From a virus: 64,000 nucleotides of DNA. The translations under genes were made by a program, and so were the position numbers. Within the stretch, counting starts at the first letter, position 1. Every line of letters begins with the position of its first letter. Under the pieces are notes generated by a model, which made no database searches, was not told the origin of the DNA, and saw only the letters and a list, made by a program, of their open reading frames with translations. The stretch lies in the IMG/VR virus record IMGVR_UViG_3300036785_000488, positions 1-64,000 of that record, one strand, 5' to 3'. This document shows positions 58,501 through 64,000 of the stretch, piece after piece.

Positions 58501-59992
58501 TCGATCCGGTACCGATGACGTTGCTCGTAGTCGAAGTAGCGGTGTAGCCAGCCCCCTGCGGACCCTGTGTACCGGTCGCACCTTGCGCGCCCGTGGTTCC
58601 TTGTGCCCCGGTGGAACCTTGCGCTCCAACAGCGCCCTGCGGACCTGTGCCACCAACGGCACCCGTAGCTCCTTGCACGCCCTGAGGACCCGTCGATCCA
58701 GTTGCCCCCGTCGATCCCTGGGCACCGGGCGATCCCTGGGGGCCGGTTACCGATGCGCCCTGTGCTCCCTGTGGTCCTTGCGTGCCGGTGGCACCTGCGG
58801 CCCCAGTCGTACCTTGCGGACCCGCCGCTCCTATGACGCCCTGGGTACCCTGTGGGCCGGTCGATCCGGTTGCCCCGGTGACTCCCTGGGTCCCTTGGGG
58901 ACCGGTCGACCCCTGGGGACCGGCGGAACCCTGTGGTCCCGGCACCGAGGACGGCGCACCCTGAGCGCCCTGAGCACCAGGCGCACCGGTTGCTCCCTGC
59001 ACCCCTTGGGGACCAGTCGAACCAGTCGTGCCGGTGGCACCTTGCGGACCCGCTGCACCTTGTGGTCCCGTGCCCCCGGTCGCACCGACTGCTCCCTGCA
59101 CACCCTGCGGTCCCGGCACAGTCGAAGCTGCACCCTGCACACCCTGAGGACCGGTCGCACCGACAACTCCCTGTGTCCCCTGAGGACCGGTCGGGCCGGT
59201 TGCCCCGACGACGCCCTGCGTCCCCTGGAGGCCCTGAGGCCCCTGGGTGCCAGTAGCTCCCGTGGCACCCTGTGTGCCGGTCGAGCCTTGCGGGCCTGCT
59301 ACACCCTGAGTGCCCTGGGGGCCAGCAGCCCCGGTCGTTCCAGTTGATCCGGTGAGTCCCTGGAAGCCCTGCGGACCCTGACTACCCTGCGCCCCGGTGA
59401 CTCCCGGTGGACCCTGCGCGCCCTGCGCCCCGGTCCCCGGCGGTCCCTGGGGACCTTGTGATCCGGTCGCTCCCTGCGGGCCTGCTGCGCCCTGAGCGCC
59501 GGTCCCTGATGGCCCCTGCGGCCCGGTTCCTCCCGTCGCACCTTGAGAACCCTGGGGGCCTGCTGGTCCCTGTGCTCCGGTCCCCGCCGGTCCCTGGACA
59601 CCCTGAGTTCCCTGCGGACCCTGAGTCCCTACAGCTCCACTATTGCCCTGCGGACCCTGTGTTCCAGGTGAGCCAATGGCACCCTGGGCACCCGGAGATC
59701 CCTGAGCGCCTTGAGGGCCTTGGGTACCACCGCCGCTGCCCTGGGGAGTGGGCGGGAGGTACGTCGGGTAGGCCGGATCACCGCCCTGAAAGATGCACCA
59801 GACGACGGCACCGACAGCCGGTGTCGAACTCGTCGTCGTGAGCGGAGGTGCCCAGATCTTGACCGGCATGGTCCCGTAGATCTGGGGGATATACATCTGA
59901 ATGCGATGCGTCTTGGACGGATCATTGGTCGCGTAGACCTTGGCCGGGTAGACGCCGGGGTACTGCGAGCTGCCGTTCGTACTAACAGACAT
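55586..59992 (-). CDS. Baseplate spike OB-fold (gpV/gp5-like) fused to long collagen-like fibre, DUF4082-like and C1q-like domains
   Basis: [24 protein letters not shown]...[21 protein letters not shown]; roughly 245 G-X-Y triplets; [13 protein letters not shown]; VTFDTE...ITAPIAGVW. Confidence 0.85.
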   Translation of the reverse strand: MSVSTNGSSQYPGVYPAKVYATNDPSKTHRIQMYIPQIYGTMPVKIWAPPLTTTSSTPAVGAVVWCIFQGGDPAYPTYLPPTPQGSGGGTQGPQGAQGSPGAQGAIGSPGTQGPQGNSGAVGTQGPQGTQGVQGPAGTGAQGPAGPQGSQGATGGTGPQGPSGTGAQGAAGPQGATGSQGPQGPPGTGAQGAQGPPGVTGAQGSQGPQGFQGLTGSTGTTGAAGPQGTQGVAGPQGSTGTQGATGATGTQGPQGLQGTQGVVGATGPTGPQGTQGVVGATGPQGVQGAASTVPGPQGVQGAVGATGGTGPQGAAGPQGATGTTGSTGPQGVQGATGAPGAQGAQGAPSSVPGPQGSAGPQGSTGPQGTQGVTGATGSTGPQGTQGVIGAAGPQGTTGAAGATGTQGPQGAQGASVTGPQGSPGAQGSTGATGSTGPQGVQGATGAVGGTGPQGAVGAQGSTGAQGTTGAQGATGTQGPQGAGYTATSTTSNVIGTGSKTFTTQAGLAYLVGDRARASNTAIVWMEGAVTAYSGTTLTINVDTTMGTGTFVSWNIGIAGQVGVQGPQGLQGTQGATGAQGPQGVTGTGAQGAQGATGTQGVTGATGGAGPQGATGATGSTGPQGAQGASVTGPQGAAGAQGAAGAPGSTGAQGPQGFQGATGTGAQGAQGAQGAVGATGSIGPQGSTGATGGTGPQGAQGATGTGAQGATGAQGSVGAQGAAGAQGAAGAQGAAGAQGPQGLEGLDNWTTVTQMNGSGTTAAIVPTAVAGRTIKVGDNVMSTNANSLGFYGNVTSVQSQTSVTVTYITTLRGPQGTQGAAGAQGATGAQGSTGAQGATGTQGATGTGAQGPQGTQGVTGATGVAGPQGATGATGGAGPQGATGAAGSTGPQGPQGATGTGAQGAQGATGAPGTTGAQGAAGATGSTGPQGAAGAQGTTGAQGAQGAGYTATSATSFAIGVGSKVFVTQAGLAYGVGARVRAAYTTTPTNYMEGAVTAYSGTSLTINIDTVAGSGTYAAWTLGIAGNVGAQGAAGAQGAAGAQGAQGSSGSGGGTVWSGAGLPANQGVTGDFYLNTQNDLLYGPKGVAAAADNIHLTEGSGQQLSGYNIGLRFQFSTAGWVSSVDWYCDAANTGGLTTAGWQVQVWDPATTTQLAVGNPASVTPGAWNTITLQTPINVLANHPYMFTIWSPSSPAGATVGIQTQASNVNSPGGHVTLLFGTGAYIANQSAMPTTAWANNALLISPNWIANLPWPLATSVAYAEVASTAPPSNAPTIAPPAGLLWVDTSTPTPGSVPYIPPQVPPPSGVNFFTDTSGEVWVSLNGGAWKKARDVLHASAYRNAAFTWPTTNGLVTFDTEVYDDYNLYNIANGLITAPIAGVWRIGAQVRGVTTGAAQQGWLNMESGNGATIFQQYTISNTNSGGGVSHVVNQSVRANAGDQFRIASSASAAWAGQTGRNITFVFVDYLGTG

Positions 59993-61172
59993 CGATGTTG
60001 GAGGCGTATGCCGCCCGCCAACGATTGTTGACCAAGGTGGTGGGCGGGGCGTTGGAGATCGAGTAGGCGAACGGATTGGTGGGGGAAAAGGCGACAGCAG
60101 TGCCTTGGATGGCGCGCACTCCTTTGTCCCCAGTGGAATCGCGCCCAAGAGAAAGGTCGAGGGAGTAGCTCCACGACTCGATCTTGTGGACCACACACTG
60201 CACCCACCAGATACCGTCGTTGACGGCATCGATGCCGGAGATCACTACGGGCACCCCCTGGCGCACGGTGGTGAGACCACTGACGGTAGCGATGGCCTGG
60301 TAGACCCAGCGGTTGGAGTCAGCTATGCCCTGAAGAGTGGCCTGAGCTGCACCCTGGTTGACGACCACGGTGTCGGAGATCTGTTGACCGAAGAACGGGT
60401 AGTTCTGGTCCCGACCCAGAGGGATGGAGTTCGTGGCGTCGTTGTTGGCGCTGAAGATCTGACCGGTTCGGAGATCCAACCCACCGATGTTCCGCACTGC
60501 CTTGGTACCTCCGGCGTAGCTAGAGTTCGACTCACCGGTCAAGGAATGGAACACACTCATGGTCTGTTGCAGTCCATTCGGAGCAGCATTACGAGACACG
60601 AAGATCGGCATGGTGGACCAATACCGCTGCATGGAGAGATCGACCGACACAAAGCGAATTCTGGTCTTGTTGCACGCCAGGGAGTAGCCGGTCTTCGCAG
60701 ACAACTGTGTCAGATAAGACCACGCCGAATCACCAGTACAAGAAAGTTGCGGCCATATTGGATCATCGTCCTGAACAACCGAGGCCAAGAAGTACTGACT
60801 CGCAATCTGTTCCACCAAGGATGATGCCTGGACGGTCGACCATGCTCCGATGAAGGGGTCCTTGAGGGTATAGCTGGCTCCGATACAAACCACATCCTCA
60901 AGAGCTGAGAGGTCGGAGATGGTGCGGTCGTAATGGTTTTCAATGTGATCGACGTATCCATAGAAGTAGTCGAGATCGAGAGGTTGCCAGCCGTACTGCA
61001 TCTTCACCGGAGTACCAGGCTGCAGCTCAGGAACCGAAGTGTTCTCGCCGCGCAGTGTGATGATGGCGGTGTCGTGCATCCCCTCAGTCTGGACGACCTT
61101 GACATTGCTCACCGTCTTGATGGCAGCACGGCCCGCAGGGTCGAAGATCGGTAGGGCGTACGCCTTGATCAT
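59982..61172 (-). CDS. Baseplate hub protein (gpD/VgrG-like)
   Basis: HDTAII...[10 protein letters not shown]...FYGYV...[12 protein letters not shown]; lies between the LysM and spike genes. Confidence 0.75.
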   Translation of the reverse strand: MIKAYALPIFDPAGRAAIKTVSNVKVVQTEGMHDTAIITLRGENTSVPELQPGTPVKMQYGWQPLDLDYFYGYVDHIENHYDRTISDLSALEDVVCIGASYTLKDPFIGAWSTVQASSLVEQIASQYFLASVVQDDDPIWPQLSCTGDSAWSYLTQLSAKTGYSLACNKTRIRFVSVDLSMQRYWSTMPIFVSRNAAPNGLQQTMSVFHSLTGESNSSYAGGTKAVRNIGGLDLRTGQIFSANNDATNSIPLGRDQNYPFFGQQISDTVVVNQGAAQATLQGIADSNRWVYQAIATVSGLTTVRQGVPVVISGIDAVNDGIWWVQCVVHKIESWSYSLDLSLGRDSTGDKGVRAIQGTAVAFSPTNPFAYSISNAPPTTLVNNRWRAAYASNIDVC

Positions 61173-61447
61173 TGGGATGGGAGCCTGATGATCGAGCCGA
61201 CGACGAGGTTGTCGGGATAGAAAATCTCGGGGTTGGCGTAGGCGATCTTGTACCAGTAATCGGGGATGCCGTAGAGATCACTGGCGATGGTGTCCAGGCG
61301 ATCACCCTCGACCACGGTGTAGTACACGAAGTTGACCACGGGTGCGGGAGGTGGACCGTAGACAGCGGCGGCGTACGCCTGTTCGTCAGGATCGTTGAGG
61401 ACCGTGACCACCGGCTGACCCATATAGCGAGATCCGTTGACGATCAT
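61169..61447 (-). CDS. LysM/tail-X-like baseplate protein
   Basis: YTVVEGDRLDTIASDLYG...WYKIAYANPEI. Confidence 0.85.
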   Translation of the reverse strand: MIVNGSRYMGQPVVTVLNDPDEQAYAAAVYGPPPAPVVNFVYYTVVEGDRLDTIASDLYGIPDYWYKIAYANPEIFYPDNLVVGSIIRLPSQ

Positions 61448-62775
61448 TTCGTGAACGGCTTTCCGTTGGGGAGCTTCTGTGGACCACCCTGACCCGACGT
61501 GGTGATCAGTTGGCTGACGAGGTCGGCACCAGACTCCGAAGGGTTCCAGACACGCATGACCTGGATCTGCGCCCAGGCTTCAACCGGGATCATGTCGGAG
61601 GAGAACAGAGTGAAGGCGTAGTTCAAGCTCGTCATGAAGCCCTGGAACTGAATGGAGTTGCCAGCTCCGAAGACAACCTGTACCGGCAGCATGGATGCGG
61701 CGTAGCCACCCCACCCGTTCGATCCGAGACCTGTAGCACCGCCACCTTTCACCGATGCATCGAAGAGACCATATAGTCGCTCTAAAGCGCGGATGTCCCA
61801 ACGAGTTCCTTCATCGGATGGCCCAGGGATGTTCCCCTGCCATACCTCGTACATCCGGTTGAAGTAGATGGTGAAGTTGATGGTCTGGTTCTGTGCCATG
61901 TACCCGCCAGATTGGAACATCTCATTGGACTGCATCTGGAACGGATTCAGATGTGCCTGGTCGATCTGGAGGTTCATGTCAATCTCCAGAGGGTTCATCA
62001 TGAAGTAGCACTTGAACTGTTTCGCCACCAGCTCGCCTATTCCTCCGCGCACGAGGTGCGTGATCGGGGCAAACTCCGGTGCTGAACCGAAAGGGGCGAC
62101 CCTCATGCTGCCACTGCCTTTGACCGAGGGAACATTCTGTCCCTGGAAGAGAGCAGAGAAGGGGAGGTTGTTGCGAGGGTCTTTCAGGGCCTCGATGTTC
62201 TTCTTCAGGTCGGCCATCTGCTGCGGGTTGAGTCCCGTGTTCGTGCTGCTGCTGTTGCCGCTGCCGCTACCTGACCCCGACCCAGGGGAAATAGTGGCGC
62301 TGCCAGAGGCACCGGTCACCCGCTTCACACCTCGGAAGGGTTCAGATGCGTCACCGATGAGGTCAACTTGCGCCATCTTGACCACATCACCGCTGTGCGG
62401 TGCTTCGATGGTCTGCCCACCTCCGGCGTACATCTTGACGTGCGCGTTCTGCCCACTGTTCCCAGGCTGGAAATACAACAACAGATCACCGACGACTAGG
62501 TCACCAGCGGTAAGGCCCGACTGCTTCAGGGCGTCGTACGCCGTCGTCAAGGTGGTGTTGTTGCCCCACTCGGTGTCTGTGGTCCAGCCGACATCGATGT
62601 GCGGGCCATTGAGATAGGAGTAGTTCATCAACCCGGAACAGTCGAAAGCGCCCGGTCCATGTGCCCCGTAGACGTATGGCTTGCCGAGCTGTCGCTTGGC
62701 AACCGCGAGAGCTGCATCACCGGGTCCCGTCGTCTGGGACGTGACGTTCTCCATGGGGCTGAGGAAGTCAGCCAT
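61444..62775 (-). CDS. NlpC/P60 peptidoglycan hydrolase fused to tail-tube-initiator-like domain
   Basis: GKPYVYG...FDCSGL...HVKMYAG...IEAP; C-terminal FMMNP...FSSDMIP. Confidence 0.85.
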   Translation of the reverse strand: MADFLSPMENVTSQTTGPGDAALAVAKRQLGKPYVYGAHGPGAFDCSGLMNYSYLNGPHIDVGWTTDTEWGNNTTLTTAYDALKQSGLTAGDLVVGDLLLYFQPGNSGQNAHVKMYAGGGQTIEAPHSGDVVKMAQVDLIGDASEPFRGVKRVTGASGSATISPGSGSGSGSGNSSSTNTGLNPQQMADLKKNIEALKDPRNNLPFSALFQGQNVPSVKGSGSMRVAPFGSAPEFAPITHLVRGGIGELVAKQFKCYFMMNPLEIDMNLQIDQAHLNPFQMQSNEMFQSGGYMAQNQTINFTIYFNRMYEVWQGNIPGPSDEGTRWDIRALERLYGLFDASVKGGGATGLGSNGWGGYAASMLPVQVVFGAGNSIQFQGFMTSLNYAFTLFSSDMIPVEAWAQIQVMRVWNPSESGADLVSQLITTSGQGGPQKLPNGKPFTK

Positions 62776-64000
62776 TACGTGGACCTCACTCCTGCGATGA
62801 TGGTGCGCTTGGATACTGCACCAACAAACTGAGTGGCGAGATTCTCCATGTCCTGTGCTGACGCGCCACTCGGAACTTGCAGCACGACCGATCCCTGGTT
62901 GAAGTTCAAGTGTGTGACCGGAGCACCTCCACCACCCATGCCGCCGCCACGGTTATAGGGGGAGCGGGAGTAGTTGTCCGCTGCCGGAAGCACAGCTTCG
63001 CCTTGGTGGAGGAGAGCGAGCTGGGTGCGAGCGACGAGCTGGGAACCACGCGCCAGTGAGCTGTAGCCACCGCCCGACCATGTGCTCAGACCCTTGTACG
63101 AGGCACCGGACAGACCCTTCCCGGCCTGGAGAGCACCGACGATGTCGCTATAGGAACTGGATTTCAACGTGTCGACTGTGGCTTCCAGTCCCTGCTGCCA
63201 GCTCGTGTATGCCTGGACGCCTTGTCCCCCGCCCAGATTGTTCATGTTGGAGGACCCTGGCATCGGGTACGTCGTGTTCAGTGGGTTGTACTTCGCCGTG
63301 TTGTGCCAGTTGCCGCCCTCGCGGTTCTCCCACGTCACGATGGAGTTGACGTTGGAGGAACTGGTAGGCGCACCGATGGCGGCCAGGAGGGCCTGCGCCC
63401 AGGTGGTCTGGTTGTAGTCACCACCCGCCGGGATGGTCCCGGAGAAGGCACCGGTATTCCCCGCACCAGAAGCGGAGCCAGCGTTACCACCACCGGTTGA
63501 GCTTGAACCTCCTGAGGAACCTCCTGAGGTCTGCGTTACCTTGAACATTCCGGATGCATCAGAAGTGGTGGACAGATTGCCGCGAGTGAGGAACCCAGTT
63601 ATTGGGCCTCCCACACCACCACCAGCTCCTGGCATACCAGTGCCGGATCCTTTGCCACCAGTGAGTCCAAAAACCAGAGCAGCGGCGAGCGTGTTCTGCC
63701 CCTTTTGAACTGGTTGGGTGAGAGCGTAGAGAACGCTGTCGCGGGGCGGCTTCTCCAACAGATGGTGTGCCGAGGTCTTTTCCGCCGTCTTGGGCTGGCT
63801 GTGCTTCGGTTCCGCAGCACCAGCAGGCGTACCTCCGAGGAGACCACCAAGGAAGCCACCGATGTGACCACCAATGCTGCCGAGCATGTGACCAGCACCG
63901 CCAAGGAGGTGACCGGCACCCCCACCACCGAGAAGTCCCATAGGGCTGAGTTTGAGAAGACTGCCAAGTCCACCGCCGCCGCCGAAAAGGCTGCCAAGTC
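62775..64000 (-). CDS. Tape-measure protein C-terminus with lysozyme-like domain (truncated by window edge)
   Basis: Frame is open to 64000; Gly-rich; WENREGG...YNPLNTT...GVQAYTSWQQGLEATV; ALLHQGEAVLPA. Confidence 0.75.
   Translation of the reverse strand, partial: LGSLFGGGGGLGSLLKLSPMGLLGGGGAGHLLGGAGHMLGSIGGHIGGFLGGLLGGTPAGAAEPKHSQPKTAEKTSAHHLLEKPPRDSVLYALTQPVQKGQNTLAAALVFGLTGGKGSGTGMPGAGGGVGGPITGFLTRGNLSTTSDASGMFKVTQTSGGSSGGSSSTGGGNAGSASGAGNTGAFSGTIPAGGDYNQTTWAQALLAAIGAPTSSSNVNSIVTWENREGGNWHNTAKYNPLNTTYPMPGSSNMNNLGGGQGVQAYTSWQQGLEATVDTLKSSSYSDIVGALQAGKGLSGASYKGLSTWSGGGYSSLARGSQLVARTQLALLHQGEAVLPAADNYSRSPYNRGGGMGGGGAPVTHLNFNQGSVVLQVPSGASAQDMENLATQFVGAVSKRTIIAGVRST

Noticed and set aside
56860-59730. 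Highly repetitive DNA as a CRISPR array or tandem repeat element
   Set aside because: It has 9-nt periodicity from G-X-Y collagen codons in one open frame, with no repeat-spacer structure.
59993-60229. Extended N-terminus of the 1547-aa spike ORF
   Set aside because: It overlaps the hub gene by about 240 nt; the likely start is MSVSTNG at 59992.
1-64000. tRNA or rRNA genes
   Set aside because: No cloverleaf or rRNA signature noticed by eye; tRNAscan-SE was not run.

Overview
The window is a 64-kb, high-GC segment of a large contractile-tail phage genome, most likely infecting Actinobacteria. It has five zones. (i) 1-5.5 kb (+): baseplate-wedge/tail genes, a holin-like gene, an acidic HeH-type protein and an excisionase-like HTH. 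(ii) 5.4-27.9 kb: many small accessory genes. A divergent block at 11.1-25.7 kb looks like an early/host-takeover region and encodes a SNF2 helicase, a HARP-like protein, a PAPS-reductase-family protein and ArdC. It is driven by a repeated non-canonical promoter (CCTGAC-22 nt-TANNNT) feeding mostly leaderless genes that begin ATGGCTAC, and it contains a ~400-nt structured ncRNA candidate. (iii) 28-37.8 kb (-): a LamG lectin protein, a Pro-rich repeat protein, a degenerate TGT/DpdA-like protein, and nine small unrelated proteins (ART-like, GNAT, ParB-like, tiny ORFs) that share one N-terminal peptide, MS(H/R)xAL(S/N)xxQF. I interpret this array as a candidate virion-packaged effector system and rate it the best find. 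(iv) 37.8-53 kb: KTSC, AT-hook, GHKL ATPase, methyltransferase, tyrosine recombinase, Ig-like virion proteins, a glycosyltransferase-methyltransferase and a secreted Rpf-like enzyme. (v) 53-64 kb (-): HNH, conserved virion-region genes, a central-spike OB-fold fused to a very long collagen fibre, hub, LysM, NlpC/P60 and the tape-measure C-terminus. All family assignments come from motif recognition by eye; no searches were run.
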